Origin: Thermoproteota archaeon | GTDB taxonomy: Archaea; Korarchaeota; JAOZGF01; JAOZFZ01 | Length of the DNA: 64,000 bases | Reading direction: 5' to 3' | Assembly: GCA_027492035.1 (NCBI GenBank) | Contig: JAOZFT010000004.1 | Location: 160,001-224,000, forward strand | Part shown: in pieces, positions 47,781 to 58,277 of the stretch | How positions within the stretch are numbered: position 1 is the first letter of the stretch | Layout: every line of letters starts with the position of its first letter | Made by a program: the position numbers and the translations under genes | The notes under the pieces: generated by a model | What the model was told of the DNA's origin: nothing | Databases searched by the model: none | Seen by the model: the letters and a program-made list of their open reading frames with translations, nothing else

Positions 47781-50576
47781 TTGCTGACAATCGAAATACT
47801 TTCTTGTTTCGGAGATCAACTAGCTAATCTTGGTATAAAAGAGTTCACTAAGTTTCAAGTTTCAGTTTTTCGCTCTGTCTTTAAGGGCGAAAATTTACTA
47901 GTGGTTGCTCCACCAGGTGCCGGTAAGACCGAAGCTGCGATACTGCCCATATTTTATAAATTGTTCAAAGAACCAATTAATAACCAAAAAGGTATTAAAC
48001 TTCTCTACATCACTCCATTGCGGGCGTTAAATAGAGACATGGAAAGAAGACTAGTTTCTCTAGGCGAAAAAGTTAATTTGAAGGTACAAGTCAGACATGG
48101 TGATACAAGTAACGCTTTACGTCGATTGCAGGCCAGCCACCCACCTGACGTACTAATTACAACCCCTGAAACTTTGCAGGTGATCTTAGTCAGTCGAAAA
48201 ATGAGGAAACACCTATCCTGTGTTAAATTTGTCGTGGTTGATGAAATCCATGAACTTTTTTCAAGTAAGAGAGGAGTGCAGCTTTCTTTAGGGCTTGAAA
48301 GACTAAATAGATTAGTTAAAGGCTCATTTCAAAGGATAGGTTTATCAGCTACGGTTAAAAACCCATATAAATTAGGAGTCGCTCTTATGGGGACGAGTAG
48401 GCCGTTTAAGGTATTTATTGACAAAGGAAAGAAAAAGTTTTCATTCACAATAGATTTGTTCGAGGACTTTAACAAAGATTTACCAGCTCTTCTCAAGGAA
48501 CATATTGCTCACCATAACGCCGTGCTTGTTTTCGTTAATACTCGTGAACTGGCAGAAAGACTTTCTTCTTCTTTGCAGCGTAAATACCCCTCTCTAGGAG
48601 TAGAAGTTCACCATGGTTCTCTTTCTAAAGAACACAGAGAGTTAGTGGAAAAAAATTTTAAGGAGGGTAAGTTGAAAGCTTTAATTTGTACATCTTCACT
48701 TGAACTTGGGATAGATATAGGAAGTGTAGACTCTGTTGTTCAAGTTCTTTCCCCAAGATCAGTCTCTAGACTTGTTCAAAGAATTGGGAGGTCAGGCCAC
48801 AAATTTGGCAAGTTCCTTTATGGAGTATCTGAAGGTTTAATATTATCCAATAGCATGATTGATTTACTAGAGTCGCTGGCCATTGTTAAATTAATGTTTA
48901 AGAACGAATTAGAGACAGGGAATCATTATGCTGCACCCTTGGATGTTTTAGCCCATCAAATAGTGGGTCTTACACTTGAAAAACAAGAAATAAGTGTTAA
49001 AGAAATTTTTGAGGTTATCAGCAGATCTATTTTTTTCAAGAATTTCTCAACTGATAACCTGCTGAATGTGTTATTTTTTCTTAAAAAACTTGGGCTTTTG
49101 TTTTTTGATGGAGAGAAATTGAGAAGGGCGAAGAAAGGGCTGCTTTTCTACTTTCAACATGTTTCAACAATACCAGCCATTAGACACTTCCCAGTCATCG
49201 ATGTTTCTTCAAACAAAGTTCTGGGTTTTGTTGACGAGAAATTTATTGGCAGAATCGCTGATGGCACTACCTCATTCATAATTAAAGCTCAACCTTGGAA
49301 AGTTGTGAAAGTGGAAGAGGAGAAAGTTTTAGTAGAAAAGTGGAAGTGGGAAAATAATATAATACCATCTTGGATAGGGGAAATGCTTCCGGTATCATTT
49401 AAAGTGGCCCAAGAAGTAAGGTCTATCCTCAGCACTTTGATGAATGGGTCCTTGACCCAAAAGGAGGAAAAGAATTTGATAGACCTCTACTTAACTGATT
49501 ATTCGAAACAAAGAATCCAGCAATTAATTGCTGAAATTCGCAGAGAAAATTTACATGTTCCTACAAACGAAAACATTTCGGTTAAACTCTTTAAAAACCA
49601 TATTTTACTTTATACTTTCTTGGGAACTAAAGCTAACGAAACACTTAAAATTCTTCTTTCTTACTTCCTAGGGCAAAAGCTTGGTTTCTCCATTGTTGCT
49701 TTCTCCGACCAATATGGTGTATTACTTAAAGTCCCTGGACTAAACATAAACTACATCTATGAGTTTCTAGATGGTTTGAACCTTAAAAAATTACAAGCCA
49801 ACCTATTCAATGCCTCACTTTTACTGAATGACTTTATTTGGCATGTTTACCAAGTTTCAAAACGTTTCGGCGTGACTGAAGAAAATGTTACCTTCTTAGA
49901 GTTCAAAAAGTTTTATGAAAAGTTTCTGAAAATTTATAAAGAGACCCCTATCTTTCTCGAGGCCTATAATGAATTTTTAGTTGGAAATATGGACCTAAAA
50001 ATTGTCAAGGAATTCATTAAAAACTTCCAAGAAGGGAAAATACAGCTTCACCTCATAAAAGAAGATGAAAAAATGGCTTTTTATCCTCCTTTAATGAATT
50101 ATAAAAACTTCCTCAGCTGCACCTCCCACCAAATTCCCCTCTCGTTAATAATTGAAGAATTTAAGGAGAAAATAAAAAATAAACAGGTAAAACTCATTTG
50201 TGTTTTTTGCGGGAAATGGTTAGCAGTGCGTCGAATAAAATATATAGAAAAAGTTAAATGCCCACGTTGCAGATCAATTTTTATTGGAATAACTGATCCA
50301 AATGATGAATTAAGTTTTAAAGTCCTCAAAAAACATAAGCTGGGCCTCAGTTTACCTCAAAGGGAAAAGGAAGTCCTCAAAAAATTGATGGATTCTGCTG
50401 ATTTAGTCGCTAACTTCGGCTTAAAAGCAGTAATTGCCTTGTCAGTTTTTGGTGTTGGTGCAAGAACTGCTAAGAAAATACTTTCAACAAGGCCTCTCTC
50501 TGAGGAAGATTTTTTCAAAGAACTATTTACTGCAGAAAAAACATTTATAAGGACGAGAGAATTCTGGAAAAAATAA
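47781..50576 (+). CDS. lhr: Lhr-like DEAD/H helicase
   Basis: APPGAGKT, YITPLRALNRD, DEIH, HHGSL, SSLELGID, QRIGRSGH, PSWIGE, C-terminal Zn finger and HhH. Confidence 0.94.
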   Translation: MLTIEILSCFGDQLANLGIKEFTKFQVSVFRSVFKGENLLVVAPPGAGKTEAAILPIFYKLFKEPINNQKGIKLLYITPLRALNRDMERRLVSLGEKVNLKVQVRHGDTSNALRRLQASHPPDVLITTPETLQVILVSRKMRKHLSCVKFVVVDEIHELFSSKRGVQLSLGLERLNRLVKGSFQRIGLSATVKNPYKLGVALMGTSRPFKVFIDKGKKKFSFTIDLFEDFNKDLPALLKEHIAHHNAVLVFVNTRELAERLSSSLQRKYPSLGVEVHHGSLSKEHRELVEKNFKEGKLKALICTSSLELGIDIGSVDSVVQVLSPRSVSRLVQRIGRSGHKFGKFLYGVSEGLILSNSMIDLLESLAIVKLMFKNELETGNHYAAPLDVLAHQIVGLTLEKQEISVKEIFEVISRSIFFKNFSTDNLLNVLFFLKKLGLLFFDGEKLRRAKKGLLFYFQHVSTIPAIRHFPVIDVSSNKVLGFVDEKFIGRIADGTTSFIIKAQPWKVVKVEEEKVLVEKWKWENNIIPSWIGEMLPVSFKVAQEVRSILSTLMNGSLTQKEEKNLIDLYLTDYSKQRIQQLIAEIRRENLHVPTNENISVKLFKNHILLYTFLGTKANETLKILLSYFLGQKLGFSIVAFSDQYGVLLKVPGLNINYIYEFLDGLNLKKLQANLFNASLLLNDFIWHVYQVSKRFGVTEENVTFLEFKKFYEKFLKIYKETPIFLEAYNEFLVGNMDLKIVKEFIKNFQEGKIQLHLIKEDEKMAFYPPLMNYKNFLSCTSHQIPLSLIIEEFKEKIKNKQVKLICVFCGKWLAVRRIKYIEKVKCPRCRSIFIGITDPNDELSFKVLKKHKLGLSLPQREKEVLKKLMDSADLVANFGLKAVIALSVFGVGARTAKKILSTRPLSEEDFFKELFTAEKTFIRTREFWKK

Positions 50577-50652
50577 TTATAAGCTATTAAAAGAGAGGAG
50601 GAGTTTATAAAGAATGTTTAGAAGCACTAACGGACGCCACGGTTGAAACTAA

Positions 50653-52233
50653 ATGAGTGAAGAAATCAATTATTTAATGAATTTAATAAAAAAGAAAACT
50701 GGGTTAACAGAAGAGTTAATTTGGGAGAAAATTAGAAATGATCCTGTCCTTTCTGGTTCCTTGATCTCAAAGAAAGGTGCACTTATTCTATTGGCCTCCG
50801 AACTAGGAGTGCCACTGCCCAAGAAAAAAACTTCCTCTACCCCCTTTCTTAAACTAAAGGATCTTATTCCAGGGATGAGAAGAGTTAGAGTTGCTGGCCG
50901 TGTAAAAAGAATATTTCCTCTTCTGTCTTTCAAAAGGAAAAACGGGGCAAAGGGTGAAGTTAAAAAAATAATTATTTTTGACAGCTCTCAGGAAGCTGTT
51001 TTGACTTTATGGAATGAAGCTGCACGTAGCTCTTCAAAAATCAGGCCAGGGGATATCGTAAAGGTTTCTAACGCCAAAATTATTCAAGGTTTAAATAATA
51101 AATTAGAAATACATGTTAATTCAGCTTCAGATTTGGAAATTAACCCGGAAAATCTTGACACTAAACTTTTTCCCTGCGTAACGTTGAAATTCCAAAAAAT
51201 TCTAGATATAGAAAATGAAGCTAATGAAATAAGTGTAAGGGGGTTTATCTCAAACAAATTTGATGTTAAGACATTTATAAGGAAAAATGGTTCTACAGGA
51301 TCCGTTTCGTTCCTAGAATTAGCTGATAAAACCGGGAAAATACCTGTTATTTTTTGGAATAAAAAAAAGTTCTTTGAAAAAGTCAGAGAAGGGGATATGT
51401 TAGAATTAAGGTTTGCTAAAGTGAAATTTAACAGGGGTTACCAGCTGGAAATCCACGTGACAAATTCTACAAACATAATTCTTAACCCTTCCCAACTAAT
51501 TGGGAACAAACCATTCCTTAATTTGAAAAACCTAAATCCTGGGTTTATTAGAGAAAAAGTATTCGTTAGAGTTTTCGGTGGAGCTGGTTTACTTCCTCCT
51601 GAACTTTTCTGTGCTTACGATTTACTAGGCTTTGCTCAATTACAGGGTGATAAAGAAGTTATGGAAAAGATCTCTAGTTTAAGCTTTGACACCTGCATAA
51701 GTATTTCAAATTTCCAAGTTGAATCAAATAATCATCCCCTACTTAAAATTTTTTTGGATAAAAGATCAATTATTCAGAAAGAACACTTCCTAGATAAACT
51801 TTTTCCAACCCTGTCTGTGCTTCATAACAGAAGATCGTTAAACGAATTAGCTGAGTCTTTTTATGAGGTGAAAGGAACATTGGTTGAGTTTAGAAAATTT
51901 AAATTTACTGGAAACAGTTTAATTCTGAACTGTTTAATAGATGATGGTTCAGGTGTACTGATTGTTAATTTAACAGGGGTTGTTGCTGAAAAACTGCTCG
52001 GTAAAACCTTGAAACAAATAAAATCAGAGATGAATTCGATGGGGGTTGATGAGTACTCTGTAAGTGAAATTAACAAAGGTCTGCTTGGTCAAGAATTTAT
52101 CTTTTCAGGGTTCGTTAAATATAACTCCCTTACGGGCTTTTTAGAAATGAACTGTGCTAAGGTAGAGAAGGCTAACCCGATTTCTGAAGCATTAATTGAG
52201 GCTTACAACTTTCTTAAAACTAGAAGATATTAA
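50653..52233 (+). CDS. rpa: Replication protein A (multi-OB ssDNA-binding protein)
   Basis: N-terminal LISKKGAL.LLASELGV, repeated OB folds (F.RKNG..G.V, D.TG, LEIHV), DDGSG. Confidence 0.85.
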   Translation: MSEEINYLMNLIKKKTGLTEELIWEKIRNDPVLSGSLISKKGALILLASELGVPLPKKKTSSTPFLKLKDLIPGMRRVRVAGRVKRIFPLLSFKRKNGAKGEVKKIIIFDSSQEAVLTLWNEAARSSSKIRPGDIVKVSNAKIIQGLNNKLEIHVNSASDLEINPENLDTKLFPCVTLKFQKILDIENEANEISVRGFISNKFDVKTFIRKNGSTGSVSFLELADKTGKIPVIFWNKKKFFEKVREGDMLELRFAKVKFNRGYQLEIHVTNSTNIILNPSQLIGNKPFLNLKNLNPGFIREKVFVRVFGGAGLLPPELFCAYDLLGFAQLQGDKEVMEKISSLSFDTCISISNFQVESNNHPLLKIFLDKRSIIQKEHFLDKLFPTLSVLHNRRSLNELAESFYEVKGTLVEFRKFKFTGNSLILNCLIDDGSGVLIVNLTGVVAEKLLGKTLKQIKSEMNSMGVDEYSVSEINKGLLGQEFIFSGFVKYNSLTGFLEMNCAKVEKANPISEALIEAYNFLKTRRY

Positions 52234-52251
52234 TTTATTATTTAGACTGTA

Positions 52252-53193
52252 TCACTTAAGTTTTAAGTCTTCATACGCTGACAAAGCAGCTACGGCTCCT
52301 TGTGCTGCTGCAACAATTATTTGGGCGGTTTTACCAGTAACATCTCCAGCTGCATAAATTCTAGGTAAGTTTGTTCTTTGGTTTTCATCTGTATAAATAT
52401 AGCCCTTGTCGTTAATTTTAACCCCTATTTGTTTTGCTAATTTACTCTGAGGTTTTAAACCGACATAGATGAAAACACCATCCACTTCTAAATTAAAGGA
52501 TTGATTGTTCTCCTTGTTTTTTATTTTTAGGCCCTTTACCGAATTTCCACCATAAATCTCTGTTACTTGATGATTTGTCAAATAATTTATTCCCAGTTCA
52601 TTTATTTTTTTCCAGTAGGCTGCTTCACACATTACTCTTGGCATAAACTCTACTACTGTTACCTCTTTACAAATATTGTTGAGATAAATAGCTGCTATCG
52701 CTCCTGAGTTTCCCCCACCTATTACGGCTACTTTCTTATTTTTGAAAAAGAAACCGTCGCAGGTTACACAGTAAGACACTCCCTTGCCTAAAAAATTCTT
52801 TTCCCCTTTTACATTTAATCTTTTATGGGTTGTACCAGTTGCAAAAATAACCGCCTGAGTTACATATTTCCCATTAATTGTTTTAACCACGTACTTTTTG
52901 TTTCCCTTAATCACTTGCTTAGCTTCCTCCATTTCCCTTATTTCTACGTAATTTAAAGCATGGGACTTAAACTTCTCTGCCAGTTTATTTCCTTCAATTT
53001 GTTCAATTCCCAAATAGTTCTCGATGAGTGGTGCTTCAAGGCTTAGGCCACCAGCTAGCCCCTTTTCCACAATTATTGTTTTTAATCCAGCTCTGGAGGC
53101 ATATATGCCTGCTGACAAACCTGCAGGTCCGCTACCAATTATAACAACGTCATAACCACTGTTTATAGAATCTGTAGATTTTATTCTGTTCAT
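52252..53193 (-). CDS. trxB: Thioredoxin reductase
   Basis: GSGPAG, IENYLG, GVSYCVTCDG, GGGNS, YAAGDV; start ATG 53193 after SD GGAGGT. Confidence 0.95.
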   Translation of the reverse strand: MNRIKSTDSINSGYDVVIIGSGPAGLSAGIYASRAGLKTIIVEKGLAGGLSLEAPLIENYLGIEQIEGNKLAEKFKSHALNYVEIREMEEAKQVIKGNKKYVVKTINGKYVTQAVIFATGTTHKRLNVKGEKNFLGKGVSYCVTCDGFFFKNKKVAVIGGGNSGAIAAIYLNNICKEVTVVEFMPRVMCEAAYWKKINELGINYLTNHQVTEIYGGNSVKGLKIKNKENNQSFNLEVDGVFIYVGLKPQSKLAKQIGVKINDKGYIYTDENQRTNLPRIYAAGDVTGKTAQIIVAAAQGAVAALSAYEDLKLK

Positions 53194-53290
53194 TTTATTT
53201 AACCTCCAAAAACATAAGTCATTTTTATACAAACTTAATTTTTAATTAAAACATATTCCCTCATCTTTCACTTTCGAAGAGGTTATTTCA

Positions 53291-53521
53291 ATGGGTAGGA
53301 AAAAGAAAAGAGTTGTTATTAAGAGGGTTAAGCCAAAGTTACCTGAATTTTTTCTTTGTCCGCGTTGCGGTTCTCAAACTATCCAGGTAGAACTAAACAG
53401 AAAGGAGTTATTTGCAGTAATAAAGTGCGGCTCCTGCGGCTTAAAGGAAGAAATCAAAATAAGTAGGGGAAGCCAACCAGTTGATGCTTATGCTAAGTTT
53501 ATAGATGAATACTCCTCTTAA
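53291..53521 (+). CDS. elf1: Transcription elongation factor Elf1
   Basis: MGRKKK, F.CPRCG...CGSCG, PVDAYAKFID. Confidence 0.94.
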   Translation: MGRKKKRVVIKRVKPKLPEFFLCPRCGSQTIQVELNRKELFAVIKCGSCGLKEEIKISRGSQPVDAYAKFIDEYSS

Positions 53522-54236
53522 TTAGGGTAATGACCTTTATGATCTTGTGGAATGCTTCTTTAAATCCTTGGATTAGTAAAATGCAGTAAATAAATTTTAG
53601 GGTGTGTTTTACAGGTTTTATTTTTGATTTTTCTCTTCCATACTTGACTGGGATCCGAACTTCTCTTATTCTAAATCCCCTTCTTATAGCCTCTATTAAG
53701 GCTTCACTTTCGGCAATGTAGTCATTTGATTTAGTACTTACTTCCTCTATGACTTCCCTCCGATAAGCTCTGAAGCCTGACTGCGAATCCGTAGTGTTAA
53801 CTCCAAAAAAGAGTTTAAGTATATTTGTGGTGATTTTGTTAGATAAAATTCTTTGCAGCGGCATATCCCCTGTCAGTTTCAATTTTCTATTTAAAAAACG
53901 TGAACCTATCACTATAGAAGTACCTTTTTCTTTGAGCCGTTCTATTAATAGAGGAATTAAGTTCGGGTCATGTTGGCCGTCTCCATCCAAGGTGACTATT
54001 GCTTCTGCCCCTAGTTCTAAAGCTTTTCTAAACCCTGTTCTTAAAGCAGCCCCCTTTCCCATATTTTTAGGATGCTTTAGAACTATGGCCCCTGTTTCTT
54101 TCGCTTTATCGAATGTGTCATCATAGGATCCGTCATCAACTACTATAACTTCGTTGCAAAACCTCCTAGCCGACGTAACAACTATAGAAATGTTATTTCC
54201 TTCATTGTAAGCTGGAATTACGCAAATTACCTTCAT
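53499..54236 (-). CDS. GT2 glycosyltransferase (Dol-P-sugar synthase-like)
   Basis: IPAYNE, VDDGS.D, NMGKG, DGDGQH, DSQSGFR. Confidence 0.93.
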   Translation of the reverse strand: MKVICVIPAYNEGNNISIVVTSARRFCNEVIVVDDGSYDDTFDKAKETGAIVLKHPKNMGKGAALRTGFRKALELGAEAIVTLDGDGQHDPNLIPLLIERLKEKGTSIVIGSRFLNRKLKLTGDMPLQRILSNKITTNILKLFFGVNTTDSQSGFRAYRREVIEEVSTKSNDYIAESEALIEAIRRGFRIREVRIPVKYGREKSKIKPVKHTLKFIYCILLIQGFKEAFHKIIKVITLIKRSIHL

Positions 54237-54340
54237 TATATTTTGACCTTCTGCTTAAAAGAATAAATTATTAAGTTACTTCTTTCTTATAATAATTCCT
54301 CTTTTTTAAAAAAAGAATTTTTACGTTAGGTGTATCTCCT

Positions 54341-57300
54341 GTGGAACTTAGCAAATATCAAACCCTTCTTTCGGAAGAAGTAGATAAACTATATAAAATA
54401 GCTAGTGAAGCAAGAAAGAAAGGTTATGATCCTACAGAGACGGTTGAAGTAATAAAAGCGGAAGACACGCCCGAAAGAGTGGAGAAAATCCTAAACTTGA
54501 AAGGTTTAGAGCAGGAAATACGGAGTTTATTTGAGAAAGGTAAAGATAAGATAGAGTCAGGGTTTGTTGTAGCTAAAAAGATATTGTCAGGTGAATTCGG
54601 TAATTTTCCACTTGAAAAAGGTTTGGAACTCGCTTTAAGGGCCGGTTTAGCGGTAATGACCGACTGTGTCACCGCTTCACCTCTTGAAGGAATTTCAGGG
54701 GTGAAAGTGAAAAATAATTTTGATAATTCAAAGTATTTAGCAGTTTACTATTTAGGACCTATAAGAACAGCTGGAGGCACAGAGGCAGGTTTATCAGTTA
54801 TCTTAGCAGATTACTTAAGGAATTTAGCTCACTTGGATAGATATAAACCAACCGAGGATGAAGTTTTCCGTTATATGGAAGAAATGGTTCTTTACCAGAG
54901 AGGAAAGGGTAAATTACAGCAGTACGTAACTGGTGACGAATTAAAGAAGCTTCTAGATTACTTACCTGTTGAAGTAACAGGCCCTGCTTCTGAAGAAAAC
55001 GTGGAAGTAACTTTTTACCGTGACCTAAAAAGAGTTGAGACAAATGGTATAAGGGGGGGTGCTCTTATAGTTCTTGGTGAAGGTTTGCTTCTTAAAGCAA
55101 AAAAACTACTTCCGATAGTTAAAAAATTAAAAATGGAAGTTTCACTGAAAGGATGGGACTGGCTTAGTGAATTCATTAAAAAAGAAGAGCAGGGTAATTC
55201 TGTTTTCTCACTAAACAACGTCAAATATCTTGACAAATTAGCTGGTGGCCGGCCTATCTTCTCAATGCCTAATTCCAAATGGGGATTCCGCTTACGTTAT
55301 GGAAGGGCTAGAAACACCGGCTTCGCAGGGGTTGGCCTCAATCCCGCTACTATGTATCTATTAGATCAATACCTCGCAATTGGCACACAAATAAAAACTG
55401 AAAAACCGGGAAAAGCTGCTATAGTCACTCCTGTGTCCTCTATCGAAGGCCCCTTTGTACTGCTTAAAAACAACTCCCTTTTACAAGTTAATACACTTGA
55501 AGAAGCTAAACTTTTAGAACCTGAAGTTAAAGAAATAATCTCACTTGGTGATATACTTATTTCAATTGGTGACTTTTTAGAAAACAATTCTCCTCTACTT
55601 CCTTGTGGATTGAATGAGGAGTGGTGGGTTCAAGAATTAGAGGAAGCCTTGAAATCGAAGGTTAGTATTTCTCTTTCCATAACCAAAGAGAGGATTTTTT
55701 CATTTATAAATAACCCCTACACTGCCAAACCCTCCCCGGAGGAGGCTTGGGAGATATCGACAAGCTACAAAATACCGCTTCACCCGAAATACCTTTTTAA
55801 CTGGCAAAATTTAACTTTGGCAGAATTAAAGGAACTTAAGGAAATTATCAAAGTGGCTAGCACCGAAAAAGATAGCGTAGTCCTTAGTTATTCCAAAAAA
55901 CTTATTGATATCTTTCAAAAACTCTTGATTCCTTACTCATTTAAAAATGGCCAAATAAAAATTCAGCATTCACTCGCATATATTCTTTTCCGTATCTTAA
56001 ACTCTTTTACTGAAACAGACATTGACCAAGTATTGAAAGAAATAAAGATTAACCCCCCTGAAAAACTTTTTTCTGATACCTTAAACTTCCTTTCACAGAA
56101 AGTGAAGTTTCCATTTTATCCTAAAGGAGTTACCTTTATCGGTGCAAGAATGGGTAGGCCCGAAAAATCCAAAAGCAGGGTACTAAAACCACCCGTGCAT
56201 ATATTGTTTCCTGTAGGTGAATGTGGAGGCAGAGAAAGAAGCTTAAATAAAGCCTTCATTAAGGGTTACTGTAAAATAAAAATTAAGTCTAATTATTGTC
56301 CCTCATGCAAATTAGTGACACCCTACAATAAATGTGACTTTTGTGGTTCCCCTACATTACCTGCTAGATACTGCCTAAAATGTAAATCAATAGTTCCAAA
56401 TGAAACATGTCCTAATTGTGACTCTAAAACAATCCCTTACAGTTTTGCAGTTGTGAATTTACGGGAATTAATAGAGTTATCTTTAAAAAAGCTTGGTTTA
56501 TTAAGTTTAGAATCTGTAGGTGAAGTTAAGGGAGTAAAGGGCCTCATGAATAAAAGTTTAACTCCTGAATACTTAGCAAAGGGCATTTTAAGAGCTAAAT
56601 ATAAAATCTTTGTAAATAAAGATGGTACGTGCCGCTTCGATGCGGTAAATGCTCCATTAACTCATTTCAAACCCAAAGAGATAGGTTTACCTATTGAAAA
56701 AGCGCATAAACTTGGATACCTTACAGATTACAAGGGAAAACCTTTGGTTTCAGAAAACCAACTTTGCGAATTATTCGTTCAGGACGTGATTTTGCCCAGG
56801 GAAGCTGCAGCCTACTTTGTCAACGTAGCAAATTTCATAGATGAACTACTTGAAAAAATTTATGGGATGGAACCCTACTACAATATAAGTAAGGATGAAG
56901 ATCTGATAGGACATATAGTGTTCGGTATTTCACCTCACACCTTCGTTGCCATAACAGGTAGGGTTATAGGATTTACTGATTCCAAGGTTCAGTATGCTCA
57001 CCCTGTCTTCCATGCTGCTAAGAGAAGAAATTGTGACGGTGACGAGGATTCCTTCATACTTGGCCTAGACGCTTTCATAAATTTCTCTAGGGAATATATT
57101 CCTTCAAAGGTTGGGGGTAAGGAAGATGTACCCCTTCTTTTTCTCGTTAAAATAGACATGAAAAATGTCGACGATGAAGTATACAGTATGGAAATATCAA
57201 ACCGCCTCCCGTTAAAGTTTTATAGGTCAATTCATTCAAGGGAAGCGTTACAGGCTTCTTTAGATGGTTTAAGGAAAGTTGGTGACATATTGGATTCTGA

Positions 57301-57793
57301 GTTTATTCATTTCCCCTTTACACATGAAACTTCATCTATTCAGGGTGCACCACTTGTTTCTCGCTACAAAAACCTAGGTTTAGAGAGTTCAATGTTTAAC
57401 AAAATTATAGCTCAGCTTGAATTAGCTAAAAAATTGAAAGGCGTTTCAGTCGATACCGTTGCTTCTCTTCTTATTGAAAGCCATTTCCTTCCGGACATAA
57501 TTGGGAACCTAAGGAACTTTACTCAACAGAGCTTCAGATGCGTTGTATGCAATAGAAAATATAGAAGGCCTCCCCTATCAGGTAAATGTGTTTGCGGAGG
57601 CAAGTTAATTCTTAACACCCCAAAGGGTGGTGTGTTAAAATATGTTGAAGTTGTTCAATACTTAATTGACAATTACAAAGTTCCATCTTACTTAAAAGAA
57701 AGATTTAGGTTACTTAAAGAAGAAATAAATCAACTCTTCGCTGTTGAATTTAAAAATAAAGAGTCTAAGGGGCTACTAGAGGAATTCCTTTAA
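54341..57793 (+). CDS. polC: DNA polymerase D large subunit (DP2)
   Basis: GPIRTAGGT, FRLRYGRAR, IGARMGRPEK, DGTCRFD, HAAKRRNCDGDED, C-terminal Zn finger; no intein. Confidence 0.97.
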   Translation: MELSKYQTLLSEEVDKLYKIASEARKKGYDPTETVEVIKAEDTPERVEKILNLKGLEQEIRSLFEKGKDKIESGFVVAKKILSGEFGNFPLEKGLELALRAGLAVMTDCVTASPLEGISGVKVKNNFDNSKYLAVYYLGPIRTAGGTEAGLSVILADYLRNLAHLDRYKPTEDEVFRYMEEMVLYQRGKGKLQQYVTGDELKKLLDYLPVEVTGPASEENVEVTFYRDLKRVETNGIRGGALIVLGEGLLLKAKKLLPIVKKLKMEVSLKGWDWLSEFIKKEEQGNSVFSLNNVKYLDKLAGGRPIFSMPNSKWGFRLRYGRARNTGFAGVGLNPATMYLLDQYLAIGTQIKTEKPGKAAIVTPVSSIEGPFVLLKNNSLLQVNTLEEAKLLEPEVKEIISLGDILISIGDFLENNSPLLPCGLNEEWWVQELEEALKSKVSISLSITKERIFSFINNPYTAKPSPEEAWEISTSYKIPLHPKYLFNWQNLTLAELKELKEIIKVASTEKDSVVLSYSKKLIDIFQKLLIPYSFKNGQIKIQHSLAYILFRILNSFTETDIDQVLKEIKINPPEKLFSDTLNFLSQKVKFPFYPKGVTFIGARMGRPEKSKSRVLKPPVHILFPVGECGGRERSLNKAFIKGYCKIKIKSNYCPSCKLVTPYNKCDFCGSPTLPARYCLKCKSIVPNETCPNCDSKTIPYSFAVVNLRELIELSLKKLGLLSLESVGEVKGVKGLMNKSLTPEYLAKGILRAKYKIFVNKDGTCRFDAVNAPLTHFKPKEIGLPIEKAHKLGYLTDYKGKPLVSENQLCELFVQDVILPREAAAYFVNVANFIDELLEKIYGMEPYYNISKDEDLIGHIVFGISPHTFVAITGRVIGFTDSKVQYAHPVFHAAKRRNCDGDEDSFILGLDAFINFSREYIPSKVGGKEDVPLLFLVKIDMKNVDDEVYSMEISNRLPLKFYRSIHSREALQASLDGLRKVGDILDSEFIHFPFTHETSSIQGAPLVSRYKNLGLESSMFNKIIAQLELAKKLKGVSVDTVASLLIESHFLPDIIGNLRNFTQQSFRCVVCNRKYRRPPLSGKCVCGGKLILNTPKGGVLKYVEVVQYLIDNYKVPSYLKERFRLLKEEINQLFAVEFKNKESKGLLEEFL

Positions 57794-57801
57794 AACCTTT
57801 T

Positions 57802-57969
57802 TTACAGAAAGATTCTCGCAACTATTTCAGTTATCACTACTCCTACACAGAAGAGAATAACAAATTCCGGCCTTATTTTCACTCCTTCCTTCTCTTCCTG
57901 ATAGAAACTCATCAAACCAGCCATGGATGTGGGCATGTAGGTCTTGTCCTTCTTCCTTTTCTTGGGCAT
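57802..57969 (-). CDS. secG: Preprotein translocase subunit Sec61beta
   Basis: Not in the ORF track: MPKKRKKDKTYMPTSMAGLMSFYQEEKEGVKIRPEFVILFCVGVVITEIVARIFL (AGL..FY.EE..GVKI.P motif + one TM). Confidence 0.92.
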   Translation of the reverse strand: MPKKRKKDKTYMPTSMAGLMSFYQEEKEGVKIRPEFVILFCVGVVITEIVARIFL

Positions 57970-58059
57970 TTTCTATCCCCTCAACAACATTCTCTGTTTT
58001 GAAATAAACAAATTTACTTTTATATTTTTTTTCTTTCTGATCATGTTAACTTATTGTTG

Positions 58060-58136
58060 GTATCACGTTTCGTGGATAAAAGAAGTTGAAGGCAATTTGA
58101 GCGAAGTGTAGTGAAGCCTTTTATCCACTGTTGTAC
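58060..58136 (-). repeat. Integron attC-like site 1
   Basis: Minus strand R'' GTACAAC ... R' GTGATAC (GTT degenerated to GTG); inner 11-bp IR GTGGATAAAAG/CTTTTATCCAC. Confidence 0.7.
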
Positions 58137-58277
58137 GACCTGTAAGGGCAACTCCGCCCTCTAAGCAGCTTAAATTGTTCTCAATAATCTCAAATTTTTT
58201 TAATTCAGTTTTAATAACGAGTAATTCTGGTAGTATAGAGGGCGAGGGTTGAGTTGCGAGCCCGCTAAATTTTAACA

